From NCBI GenBank assembly GCA_965116875.1, contig OZ220733.1:3616001-3680000 (forward strand): DNA of 64,000 nt, read 5' to 3'. The stretch is from Candidatus Latescibacterota bacterium (GTDB taxonomy: Bacteria; Latescibacterota; UBA2968; GCA-2709665). The translations under genes were made by a program, and so were the position numbers. The first letter of the stretch is position 1; each line of letters begins with the position of its first letter. The notes under the pieces are model-generated. The model ran no database searches and had not been told where the DNA came from. It worked only from the letters and a program-made list of their open reading frames with translations. Shown here piece by piece: positions 27,446 to 37,233 of this stretch.

Positions 27446-27910
27446 TCAATGCCCGCTTGAGCGTGTTTCCCTCGTTTCTGGTGTCTGAGAATTCAACCGG
27501 TTTTGCGCTTCGCTGCCGAACGCCGGCACGCCTTCCTTTCCATTCCCCTCGGTGAGCGCCGCTGGACCGGTATTCGGGTATGCTGTCGGCGCCGATCCGG
27601 AATCGGGCAATAACATGTTACGCAGTTTCTGATCGGTTCCCTGGATTCGCTTCAGGGCGAGCGCCAGTTCTTCCACCCGGGCGACTTCCGCGTGCAGCCT
27701 TCTGTTTTCTCCCGTGAGCGCGCGCGCCGTCTGCCTCCACTCCTGAATCTTCCAGATGAAGGCGAATTCAACAGCCAGCATGACAAGAAACAGGAGAAGC
27801 GCGCCGGCTGCCACCCTCAGCTGCCAGTAGCCGAGTTTCAACACGACTGTACGGGAACCGTCATCGGGAACAAACAGGACCGACGTCTGCCTGCGTTTTC
27901 GTGTGGGCAC
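27446..27910 (-). CDS. Single-TM coiled-coil protein resembling the N-terminal half of M23 peptidases
   Basis: SVLFVPDDG, TM helix, heptad region; stop is 1 nt from the bactofilin start. Confidence 0.65.
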   Translation of the reverse strand: MPTRKRRQTSVLFVPDDGSRTVVLKLGYWQLRVAAGALLLFLVMLAVEFAFIWKIQEWRQTARALTGENRRLHAEVARVEELALALKRIQGTDQKLRNMLLPDSGSAPTAYPNTGPAALTEGNGKEGVPAFGSEAQNRLNSQTPETRETRSSGH

Positions 27911-28169
27911 GCAATTCGTCTCCTATTCGGATGATTTCGATTGCCACCGGGCGACAGGCCAAGCCGCAGGCTCCCGTATCTACCGGATGACGCAAAGCCG
28001 AAAATTTACCCGGATTCCGTTTTTGAACCGATCCCGCCTCCGCGACGGTACTCTATTGAGGTTAGGCTCCATGCCCGGCTTTGTCAAGAGGTTTACGACC
28101 CGGGCGCCGCGGGTGGGCGGAATCAGATTCCACGAAAGCGGCGTGGCGATCGAACCCCCGGACTGGCGT

Positions 28170-28331
28170 CTATGCACGTCTTTGCAGCAGCCAGCCGGCC
28201 AGAAAAATCAAGCCGCCGATGATGGCAAGGCGCAGCTCCCGGCCAATGTCTTCTTCGTACAGGCCGACGAACAGGCCGTATCCCATGTAGATCAGACCCG
28301 CGAGTTGAAGGGTGCGAGCAAGCAGACGCAT
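28170..28331 (-). CDS. Small 2-TM membrane protein (53 aa)
   Basis: GAGGTG SD; MRLLARTLQLAGLIYMGYGLFVG...LAIIGGLIFLAGWLL. Confidence 0.65.
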   Translation of the reverse strand: MRLLARTLQLAGLIYMGYGLFVGLYEEDIGRELRLAIIGGLIFLAGWLLQRRA

Positions 28332-28608
28332 TTGACACCTCGTCCCCGCCTCCACCCGTCTCGTACGAATCCGGGTTGTCGAAACCGGGGAAGGCTTCCG
28401 ATATCTATCGAGACATTAAGAACTCGATGCCTTGCAGTCAATAGTTCATGTCAGCAGTGCGGCGGAATCCTGAGAGGCAAATGTTAAAGCCGACATCCGA
28501 AGACATCGGCTTTTCGTTTCGCAATCCGTGCGCTGTATTGATTTCCGGCCACCCTGTTCCCGATTGCACGGGGGAATTGACGGGGACGTGGCACGTAGAG
28601 AGGCGTGA

Positions 28609-29073
28609 CTAAAATGCCTTGTTGAGATTCAGGCGAACGCCTCGGGTCTTGAGGTCGCCGTTGACGGCTACGCCTATGCCCTTCATTTCGACGAGATTGG
28701 CGTTCTTTTCAGGGGGCGGAAGCTCCTCGCCTTCATCGGAAAGGAAGAGATGGACCGAGTATGCCAGGGTGCCCAGGCCGAGTCCGAGCATGATGGCGGC
28801 CCTGGTGTCGTCGGACTTGCTCTCGTTGTAAAGGTCTCCGGCGGTCTGGGAGGATGTCGCCGCTCTGTACTGTTCGAATGCGTTGTTCGCGTCCTTCCTG
28901 GAAGCGTGCGCCTCCGTGAAGAACCAGATGCTCGCCCCCAGCGAGAGCGCGCCATAGAACTTTTTGGAATAGAGGAAGTCCTTCGTTTTCTGCTGTGCCT
29001 TCGCGGGGACGGCTGAAACAAGAATCGCGATGACGGCGAGGGCGAGCGCGAAGGCACGTTTTCGGCTGTCCAT
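28609..29073 (-). CDS. Hypothetical exported/membrane protein
   Basis: GGAGGA SD, signal peptide (AKA|Q), two hydrophobic helices, C-terminal Phe; follows tolC. Confidence 0.7.
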   Translation of the reverse strand: MDSRKRAFALALAVIAILVSAVPAKAQQKTKDFLYSKKFYGALSLGASIWFFTEAHASRKDANNAFEQYRAATSSQTAGDLYNESKSDDTRAAIMLGLGLGTLAYSVHLFLSDEGEELPPPEKNANLVEMKGIGVAVNGDLKTRGVRLNLNKAF

Positions 29074-29116
29074 GAGTCCTCCGGATATCGAATGGCGCTT
29101 TACATTGTCTGTCGCT

Positions 29117-30493
29117 TCATTCGTCGGCTTGAACAAGCGACCCCCCTACGTGCTGTTCCAGTTGAGCCAATTCGATCTGATACTGGAATCTGTCCTGCAC
29201 CAGCTGGTTGCGGGCCGAGAAGAGCTGTAGCTGCGCCTGCTGACGTTCCAGAAAGGTGCCGCCGCCCAGGTTATACCGCTGGTCCTGAAGTCTGAAGTTT
29301 TCTTCAGTGGCTTTCACCGCGGCTTCGTTCGCGGTTATGCTTCGCCGCAGCCGTTCGAGGTTCAGGAACGACAGCCTGATATCCATGGCCTGCTGCCGTT
29401 TTGCCTGGTCCAGCTGCTCCCGGCTCCTCAGGTACTCCAGCTTCTGGATTTTGACGGTGTTTACGGTATTCAAACCGTTGAATATGGGGATCCTGACACT
29501 GATACCCGCGTTGTACGAATAATTCTTGACGAAGAGATCGCTCACGCCGGCGAAACTGTCGCCCTGGTTCAATCGCCAACTGTACCCTGCACTGCCCGTA
29601 ACCGACGGAAAGCGAACATTGTATTTGGTGGCTTTCAGCGCATCCCTGCTCGCGAGCATTCTGTGTCGTTGCGCCAGGATCTGGGGGCTTCCCTTTTCCG
29701 CCCGTTCCAATGACTCCCGGTACGTGATGGGCGGCGGCGAGACCGAAAACGTCTTCTCAGTCGGCGAAATGTTGACATCGGGACTCAGCCCGAGGGAAAA
29801 CCCAAGTTGGGCGCGTGCGATGGCAACGTCGTTTTCCCTGGCGATCAGCGCCACGCGATCGCCTGCCAGTTGAGACTCTGCGCTCAGGACGTCCGCGATC
29901 GTGCGGGAGCCGATTTCATACATCGTTTTTTCGCGCCGCAGGCTCTCCTCCGAAACGCTTACCTGTTCTTTGGCCAGGTCGAATTGCTCGATTCTCTGCA
30001 GGAGGGTGAAATATCGCTGCTTCACCTGGAACGTGGTCTGCTGCCGGCTTACCGAGAGGTCCATCTCCGCTGCCCGCGCCGTCTTCTTGTTTGCCGCAAG
30101 ATTCGCGAAAGTCGCGGCATTGAAGATGGAGATGCTCAGGGACGAACCTACGGATTGAGACCCGCCCACGCGGTCTTCGCCCAGCGTTGTGATGATTGTT
30201 TGCGTGGTCTGGTCGAAGATGGCGCCTTCCCTGGGGCCCGTGATGCTTCTCGAAAGACCGTAGTTGCTGCTCAACTGCGGCAGAAAGCTGTTACGACTCT
30301 GGTCGATTCTCGCGACCGCGATTTCCCGCGAAAAACGGGACTGGGCGATTTCAGTGTTGTTGGCCAGCGCGATTTCGATGCATTCTGAGAGGCTGAGATG
30401 CATGTCTTTGGTTGTCGTTTCCTCCGCCGCGACCGGCGTGGAGAGGACTGCGGCAATGGTGAAAAGCAGCGCTGTTTTCAGCACGTATGACAT
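29117..30493 (-). CDS. TolC-family outer membrane efflux protein
   Basis: Signal peptide, LSLSECIEIALANN, two OEP repeats (LPQLS; PIFNG; RYNLGGGTFLE). Confidence 0.9.
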   Translation of the reverse strand: MSYVLKTALLFTIAAVLSTPVAAEETTTKDMHLSLSECIEIALANNTEIAQSRFSREIAVARIDQSRNSFLPQLSSNYGLSRSITGPREGAIFDQTTQTIITTLGEDRVGGSQSVGSSLSISIFNAATFANLAANKKTARAAEMDLSVSRQQTTFQVKQRYFTLLQRIEQFDLAKEQVSVSEESLRREKTMYEIGSRTIADVLSAESQLAGDRVALIARENDVAIARAQLGFSLGLSPDVNISPTEKTFSVSPPPITYRESLERAEKGSPQILAQRHRMLASRDALKATKYNVRFPSVTGSAGYSWRLNQGDSFAGVSDLFVKNYSYNAGISVRIPIFNGLNTVNTVKIQKLEYLRSREQLDQAKRQQAMDIRLSFLNLERLRRSITANEAAVKATEENFRLQDQRYNLGGGTFLERQQAQLQLFSARNQLVQDRFQYQIELAQLEQHVGGSLVQADE

Positions 30494-30804
30494 ACCGGGC
30501 GCTCCTGTAATCATCTGAACTCCTGCAGGCTTTTTCGAACTCATGCAGATAGACGTACAACCGGAAAGCGGGGACGCCGGATCGACTCTCCTCGACACCA
30601 ACACGACCGGCCCGACGCCGGCCATTCATTTAGACAGCACGAATTGAGAAAAGTTACGGAAAAACTGCCTCGCGCCGCTGTCGACGGAATAAAAAGAAAA
30701 CAGAATTCTGCGGAAAAGGAAAGCGAAAACTTCCGTGTATTCGAACACCGAACCGTCGCGGCGGCGTGGGATCGGAGGCTGTGCGCCGGTACCCCGTGGG
30801 GGCG

Positions 30805-33800
30805 TCAATCCCCTCGATCCAGGAGTGAATAGACGGTTGGGATGACGATGAGCGTGAGCGCGGTGGAACTGATGAGCCCGGCAACAACGGTAATGGCCAT
30901 GGGGGTGCGAATTTCAGATCCCTCGCCCAGGCCCAGCGCCATGGGAAGGAGTCCCAGAACGGTGGTTGCAGTGGTCATCAGAATCGGTCGCAGCCGCACC
31001 GAGCCGGCCTGTACGATCGCGTCGGTCCTGGACCGGCCGTTGGCCCGCAGGTGGTTGATGTAATCGACAAAGACAATGGCGTTGTTTACGACGATTCCGG
31101 CCAGCATGATCAGGCCCAGGAAAACCACGACGCTGAAAGAGATGCCGGTTACGTAGAGCGTGAACAGCACGCCGATCAGGGCCAGTGGAATCGTAAATAT
31201 GATGACGAAGGGATGGACGAAGGATTCAAACTGGGAGGCCATGACGATGTAGACCAGAAAGACCGCAAGACAGAGTGCGAAGATCAGGCTCTGCAGCGAT
31301 GTCTGCATCTCGCGGTTCTGGCCTCCGATGACGAAGGACACGTCCGCGGGGATGTCGACTTTCTCCAGGGCCCGCTGGATCAGCCCCGTTGCGGTTCCCA
31401 GATCGATGCCGGCGACGTTTGCGGAAACCAGCACCGCGCGCTGTTGGTCGATGCGCCGGATCTCGCTGGGGCCCTCCCGCACCTGGATGTCGGCCACGGC
31501 GGAAAGATAGATCGGGGCTTCGCCCTCCGGGTTGACGACCAGGCGTTTCAGATCCGACACTCCGGACCGATCGGATTCGTCCACGCGAACGAGGACATCG
31601 ATGCGGCGGTCGGCCTCTCTGAAGCGGGTGACCACGTCTCCCTGCACTTTTTCCCGGACCAGCGTGGCAACGCTTCGCAGATTGAGGCCATAGGATGCGA
31701 GCAGGTCTCGCCTGTAGACGATCTGTACTTCCGGACTCCCCCGCTGGAGGCTGGACTTCACGTCGTACAACCCTGGAATTCCTGAAAGGGCGAGTTCCAC
31801 GTCCCGTCCCAGCCTTGCGAGGTCATCCAGATCGTAGCCTCGAATCTCCAGCTCCACCGGCGTCTTGAACGTAAACATCGCCGGCCGGGAAAAATCCACG
31901 GTGACCTGCGGGAGATCGCTGAGACTGTCCCGCAGCCGGGACATGAGGTCCGCCTCTCGTTTTGCCAGAAACGTATTGCCGGAAATACCCGACCAGACTC
32001 TTTCCGGAAGCGTGCTGACGTCCTGCCAGAACCGGCCCGGCCCGCCGGCGCCGTTTGTGGTTTCGTCCGATACGACGATGGTGACCCTGGAGGTATGTTC
32101 TCCCTGGTCGGAGGTGGAAACCGAGGTTTTGTCCACGCCCACGACCGTGGCGATGCGCGCAACGCCGGATTCGTTCAGGACCTTCGACTCCACGTCGGCA
32201 ACGGTCTCCTGGGTGCGTTCCAGCGGCGTACCCACGGGCATGGCGAGTTCGAGGTCGAACTCGCCATGGTGAACGGCCGGAATGAGTTCCCGACCGATAT
32301 GGGGCACCAGGACGTACCAGCAGAAAACAAACGGCAGAATGGCCATCACAACGATGGCGAGGCGGTTCTTCAACGCCCACCGGATCGCGGAAGGATAGAC
32401 CCGGCTGATGGCGCCGAAGCCGACTTCAAAGGCATGTATGACGGGCGTAAGCAGCGGAACCGCGACGGCTGCCAGCAGGGACACGACCGTCAACCCGAGT
32501 GGAAAGGTAATCATCAGAAGCAGGATCAGCAGTTTGCCGAGCAGGGACAACAACTGGAATATGAGGAATCGCACGACGACGTAGACGGGACCGAGCACGA
32601 AGAGTGAGCACAGAAGCAGAACGCCGGCGCCGGCTGCGGGAAACCGCGGGACAACAGACAGACCTCCGCGGCGCATCGGCCATTTGCACGTGCGCCGGGT
32701 GGCACTCCAGGTCCATCGAAAGCAGCCGGCGAATCCTTCACCGAGCGGGACCGGCGCGTTGAAAACCAGCAGATCGTGCCAGATGGCGTGGACGATCCGG
32801 GATCCGAACGGCGTCGGGTTTTCCGACCACACGCACAGGCCCTTCCAGGCATGCGCCGGTTTCTTCCGGATCTTCAGTACAAGCGCGGCGAAAGGGTAGT
32901 ACAGAATCGGGCCAAGGATGACAAGCGCCGCTTTCAGAACCACAATCAGGATTGCGAGTACGACCCAGAGTGTGCGCCAGGTGAATTCGAACACCAGCCA
33001 CAAGACATAGACGAGGCCCCTGAGCGCCAGGGCCGGGAGACGTTTTGGAGATCGATCTCCCGCAAGTGCCTTCAGCCGTGCGAGTGAGTTGAACTGCAGC
33101 AGTTCAGAGTTGAACATGTCGCCGATTGTCGAGCCCGCCCCTCCGCTCCCCGCGATCCGTATCTGCCGGGAAGCCAGCATCGGAATGAAGAAGAGCGCGA
33201 CGGCGAGCGACGCCACGAGTGAAAAGACCACGGTAAGGGACATGTCGCCGAAGACCTGGCCGGCCACGCCTTCGACGAAGACAATCGGAAAAAAGACCGC
33301 GACCGTGGTAAGCGTGGAGGCAAAGACCGCGCCGCCAACCTCGCCGGTGCCCCGGACCGCCGCCGTAACCATGTCGTCGCCCTCTTCGCGGCATCGGAAG
33401 ATGCTCTCCAGTACGACGATCGAGTTGTCTACGAGCATTCCAATGCCCAGCGCCATGCCTCCCAGCGACATGATGTTCAAAGACACGCCGAAAATCTTCA
33501 TGGGAGCGAACGTCGCGACGATGGAAATGGGGATCGCCAGGCTGACGATGCCGGTGTGTGACGGATTTCGCAGGAAGACATACAGCACCAGGATGGCAAG
33601 AATGCCCCCGATGATCGCCGTCTGTTTCACTTCGTCGATGGATCGTTTAATAAACTGCGACTGGTCCGACAGCACTTCCACCTGCATTCCCGGCGGCAGC
33701 GAATAGCCGATGAAGCTGGTCATTTCCTTCAGTTTGACGAACTGCCGCACCTGCGCCGCCCGGTCCGTGGCTTCGGCCTGTTTGATTTCTCCGGCCCGGA

Positions 33801-34791
33801 GTCGCTTCACGTAGGCCAGTTGTTCCGGTGTGCCGAACAGACGGTCCCGTACCCGCTGCGCCGCGGCGACGATATTCGCGTCGGCTTCCTTGAAGATATC
33901 GATTTCCACACTCTCCACGCCGTTGACGCGGGTGATGATCTCTCGATCCTTGTGGCCGCGAACAACGTCGCTCACGTCTCTCAGCCGGATATCCGCGCCG
34001 TTTTTCTGTCCGATAACGAGATCGCGGATTTCGTCCACCGTCCGGAACTCGTTGAGGGTGCGCACCATGTACTGGGTCTGGCCGTCCAGAAGACTGCCCC
34101 CGGCGAGGTTGACGTTCTCTTCGCGAAGACGTCTGTTGATGTCGCCGATGCCGAGCCCCATCAGGGCGAGTTGCCGTTCGTTGATTTCAACGCGGATTTC
34201 TTCTTCCAGACCCCCGTGCACCCGTGCCGCGGCCACCCCTTTCATCGCTTCCAGCGCCTGTTTGATTTCCTCCTCGGCAATCAGTCTCAGCGCATACAGA
34301 TCGGCATCGCCGTAAAGACCGATGCGCATGATGGGATCCTGCGTGGGATCGTAACGCAGAATCAGGGGTTTGTTGACGCCCCGGGGCATGTTCAGCCGGT
34401 CCAGGTTCTCCCGCACCGTCTGAACCGCGTCGTTCATGTCCGTGTCCCAGCCGAATTCAAGGATGACGTCCGACATCCCCGCACGGGAAATGGAGACGAT
34501 GCTGGCCAGATTGTTGACAACGCCCAGCCGTTGTTCGATCTGCCTGGAAATCAGGTTTTCTACTTCCTCCGGCGCGGTATCGGGATAGTCCGTACGGATG
34601 GTGAGGGTGGGGTAGGAGATATCCGGCATCAGGGTGAGCGGCAGCTGTTGGTAGGAAATGTAACCGAAGACCGCGACAGCGAGGACGACCATAAAAATGG
34701 CCACCGGCCTGCGGGTGGTGATTTCGAACGTGCGGGAGACCTGCTCCCGTGTGCGGGAAAGGGGATTTCGGGAAGCGGAGTCGTCGTTCAT
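30805..34791 (-). CDS. RND (AcrB/AcrD/AcrF-family) permease with large insertion
   Basis: RRPVA, PEEVE, GMLVDNSIVVLE, ASTLTT..VFFP, QFES..HP, GIVVNNAIV, RLRPILMT. Confidence 0.94.
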   Translation of the reverse strand: MNDDSASRNPLSRTREQVSRTFEITTRRPVAIFMVVLAVAVFGYISYQQLPLTLMPDISYPTLTIRTDYPDTAPEEVENLISRQIEQRLGVVNNLASIVSISRAGMSDVILEFGWDTDMNDAVQTVRENLDRLNMPRGVNKPLILRYDPTQDPIMRIGLYGDADLYALRLIAEEEIKQALEAMKGVAAARVHGGLEEEIRVEINERQLALMGLGIGDINRRLREENVNLAGGSLLDGQTQYMVRTLNEFRTVDEIRDLVIGQKNGADIRLRDVSDVVRGHKDREIITRVNGVESVEIDIFKEADANIVAAAQRVRDRLFGTPEQLAYVKRLRAGEIKQAEATDRAAQVRQFVKLKEMTSFIGYSLPPGMQVEVLSDQSQFIKRSIDEVKQTAIIGGILAILVLYVFLRNPSHTGIVSLAIPISIVATFAPMKIFGVSLNIMSLGGMALGIGMLVDNSIVVLESIFRCREEGDDMVTAAVRGTGEVGGAVFASTLTTVAVFFPIVFVEGVAGQVFGDMSLTVVFSLVASLAVALFFIPMLASRQIRIAGSGGAGSTIGDMFNSELLQFNSLARLKALAGDRSPKRLPALALRGLVYVLWLVFEFTWRTLWVVLAILIVVLKAALVILGPILYYPFAALVLKIRKKPAHAWKGLCVWSENPTPFGSRIVHAIWHDLLVFNAPVPLGEGFAGCFRWTWSATRRTCKWPMRRGGLSVVPRFPAAGAGVLLLCSLFVLGPVYVVVRFLIFQLLSLLGKLLILLLMITFPLGLTVVSLLAAVAVPLLTPVIHAFEVGFGAISRVYPSAIRWALKNRLAIVVMAILPFVFCWYVLVPHIGRELIPAVHHGEFDLELAMPVGTPLERTQETVADVESKVLNESGVARIATVVGVDKTSVSTSDQGEHTSRVTIVVSDETTNGAGGPGRFWQDVSTLPERVWSGISGNTFLAKREADLMSRLRDSLSDLPQVTVDFSRPAMFTFKTPVELEIRGYDLDDLARLGRDVELALSGIPGLYDVKSSLQRGSPEVQIVYRRDLLASYGLNLRSVATLVREKVQGDVVTRFREADRRIDVLVRVDESDRSGVSDLKRLVVNPEGEAPIYLSAVADIQVREGPSEIRRIDQQRAVLVSANVAGIDLGTATGLIQRALEKVDIPADVSFVIGGQNREMQTSLQSLIFALCLAVFLVYIVMASQFESFVHPFVIIFTIPLALIGVLFTLYVTGISFSVVVFLGLIMLAGIVVNNAIVFVDYINHLRANGRSRTDAIVQAGSVRLRPILMTTATTVLGLLPMALGLGEGSEIRTPMAITVVAGLISSTALTLIVIPTVYSLLDRGD

Positions 34792-34837
34792 GTTTTCCTG
34801 ACCCTGAGTCAGCTGCGTCGACGGGCGGCCTGCCCCT

Positions 34838-34967
34838 TTGCAGCCGTGCGAAGACCGCTGGGAATCTTAACAGCCCGTTGAAAAAGTCCATCCGGGCTAC
34901 CTGCCTGCCAAGACTTCACTGGCAGGCCTGCAGAGCGACTTTATCAACGGACTGTCAAGGCAGCTTC
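34838..34967 (-). mobile_element. MITE B end interrupted by a short MITE A copy (34871-34954)
   Basis: TTGCAGCCGTGCGAAGACCGCTGGGAAT matches the reverse complement of element B; A copy flanked by TTAA/TCAA; B TIR resumes as GGCAGCTTC. Confidence 0.8.
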
Positions 34968-36158
34968 TTAGCCCGGGGTTTCCTGCGGTTCCTGTCCGGT
35001 GGTATCCGGTTTGGCCGGAATGCGCAGACCCTTGCCTTCGATCACCCGGACCCTGGCCTGATCCTTGAGGCCATTCTGGCCCACGACGACGATGCTGTCG
35101 CCCGGCGAGACGCCGCTGAGAACCTCCAGGTTCCGGGTATCCTCAAATCCCACGTCGAGTTGAATCTTGCGTGCCGTGCTGTCCTGGACGACGAACACAT
35201 GAGGATATCCGTCATCGTAGACGACGGCGCGTTTGGGAACCAGCAGGGCCCGGTCGTGCGTGGCGGTGACGATTTTCGTTGTGACGAACAAACCGGGACG
35301 CAACTTTCCTTGCTCGTCGTCGATGGCCAGCGTAACCCTGAAGGTGCCGCTGTTCGGGTCGATCACCGGGCTGATGCGGATGATCCGGCCCGGAAAATCG
35401 ACGTCGGGTATCAGATCCGTGGTGATGCGGGCCTGCTGGCCGACAGAGATATTGGGCAGTTCTGATCCGGGTATGTGTGCTCTGGATATCAGACTCTTCA
35501 GGTTGACCAGGACGTATAGTTTGGATGTCGGCCCGATCCTGTCGCCCAATTTGACGATCCGTTCCGCCACGATCCCGGATATTGGAGATCGAACCGATGC
35601 ATGATCCAGATCCAGTTGGGCGCGCTGCCACCGGATCCTGGCCTGTTCCAGGTCGAATTCGTCACGTTCATACTCTTCTTTGGAAAGCAGATTCCTGGAG
35701 TAGATTTCCTTGCGGCGCTTAAAGTTGCTCTCCAGTTTGCGGTAAGCGACCTGTGCCTCCGCTTCGGCGAGCTTGAGCTGGTGGTCGACGAGGTGGACAA
35801 GTACCTGGCCCACCTTAACCCGGTCGCCCTCCTCGGCCAGCACCCTTTTGACGAGCCCGGATCCGTGGGCGTAAACATCCACCGTCTCTTCGGCCTCTAC
35901 CTTCGCATTGTAGAGCATATATGAGGAAATCGAACCCTGTTGAACATGATGGACCTTAACGGGTACGCCCTCCGGCGCTTTTTTCTTCTTCGCGGCCGCG
36001 GTCGTGTCGACGGCTGTCGAGTCGACCTTCGTCGAATCCGCCGTCGCTTCAGTCGTGCTCTTGTCCGCGGCCTTTTCACCGCTGCACCCGGCAAGCGCCC
36101 AGCCTGCAAAAATCATCGCCAGCAATACAGGATACTTAACAACGCGTGTTTCCGTCAT
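34968..36158 (-). CDS. RND periplasmic adaptor (MFP), lipoprotein
   Basis: Lipobox LAGC, EEGDRVKVGQVL, VRSPISG, ISPVIDP.SGT, LRPG.F, VPKRAV. Confidence 0.93.
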   Translation of the reverse strand: MTETRVVKYPVLLAMIFAGWALAGCSGEKAADKSTTEATADSTKVDSTAVDTTAAAKKKKAPEGVPVKVHHVQQGSISSYMLYNAKVEAEETVDVYAHGSGLVKRVLAEEGDRVKVGQVLVHLVDHQLKLAEAEAQVAYRKLESNFKRRKEIYSRNLLSKEEYERDEFDLEQARIRWQRAQLDLDHASVRSPISGIVAERIVKLGDRIGPTSKLYVLVNLKSLISRAHIPGSELPNISVGQQARITTDLIPDVDFPGRIIRISPVIDPNSGTFRVTLAIDDEQGKLRPGLFVTTKIVTATHDRALLVPKRAVVYDDGYPHVFVVQDSTARKIQLDVGFEDTRNLEVLSGVSPGDSIVVVGQNGLKDQARVRVIEGKGLRIPAKPDTTGQEPQETPG

Positions 36159-36322
36159 CCGTACATCCTTACAGGGCGATAGGTGGATTTTCCCGGCGGC
36201 TTTTCGAACTGAGGGCCTCTCCCGGCACGGCCATCGGGAGATGCATCGACGGCACAGACGACGCCGGTCCGGGCTGAAATTGCCTACACTCTTTGACTCC
36301 CCAGACCGGCCGGATGTTTCGC

Positions 36323-36365
36323 AAAAAAAGACGCCGGGCGGCCATTGTTCCGACGGCCCGGACGT
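36323..36365 (-). terminator. Intrinsic terminator after mrp
   Basis: Minus strand ACGTCCGGGC...GCCCGGCGTC followed by TTTTTTT. Confidence 0.65.
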
Positions 36366-36402
36366 GGGTGGTGCCGGCGCACAGGTCGAATGCGGGGTTG
36401 AC

Positions 36403-37197
36403 TCAAGCTCCCACGGCCTTTCTGACGCCTGACGCGATTTCGTCGTAACGCCTGGAGACAGGGGATTCGGGGTCGCCGGCCGTTATCGGGGCGCCGGTGT
36501 CACCAGCCCTGCGTATCCGCAGGTCCAGGGGGATTTCACCCAGAAGCGGCACGCCGTATTCGGAAGCCATCTTCGCGCCGCCGCCCTTGCCGAAGATATC
36601 TGTCCGGGTATTGCAGTTGCCGCAAATATACTCGCTCATGTTTTCAACGATGCCGATAACGGGAACCTCGACCGTGTTGAACATCCGGATGCCGCGACGC
36701 ACGTCCTCGAGTGCCACGGATTGGGGTGTTGTCACGATGACGGCGCCGTCGAGCCGGGCGGATTGAATCAGGGTGAGCTGGACGTCGCCCGTCCCGGGCG
36801 GGAGATCGATTACGAGAAAGTCCAGCGGCGCCCAGGAAACGTCCCTGAGGAATTGCATCACCATCTTGGCCAGCATGGGACCACGCCAGATCACCGGCGC
36901 TCCCGCTTCGGTGATGAACCCGAGCGAGATCATCTTGACGTTGTGACGTTCGAGGGGGAGGATCCCGCCATTCGCATCCATGTCGGGCGTTTCGTTCACA
37001 CCCATCATGATCGGAACGTTCGGGCCGTAGATGTCCGCGTCCATGAGGCCAACCGCGGCGCCCTGCCTGGCCAGCGCCACGCAGAGATTCGCGGCGGTGG
37101 TGGATTTCCCCACGCCTCCCTTGCCGCTGGCGACGGCGATCAGGCGCCGGACGCCCGGAATCGGCGCGGGTCGAGGTACGTTTTCAGGATTGTTCAT
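36403..37197 (-). CDS. mrp: Mrp/ApbC/NBP35 Fe-S cluster carrier ATPase
   Basis: SGKGGVGKST, DADIYGP, WRGPM, DLPPGTGD, VTTPQ, ENMS..CGNC. Confidence 0.95.
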   Translation of the reverse strand: MNNPENVPRPAPIPGVRRLIAVASGKGGVGKSTTAANLCVALARQGAAVGLMDADIYGPNVPIMMGVNETPDMDANGGILPLERHNVKMISLGFITEAGAPVIWRGPMLAKMVMQFLRDVSWAPLDFLVIDLPPGTGDVQLTLIQSARLDGAVIVTTPQSVALEDVRRGIRMFNTVEVPVIGIVENMSEYICGNCNTRTDIFGKGGGAKMASEYGVPLLGEIPLDLRIRRAGDTGAPITAGDPESPVSRRYDEIASGVRKAVGA

Positions 37198-37233
37198 TGC
37201 GGTGCTTCCCCAGGCGGTTCGTGAGTGCCGCGT

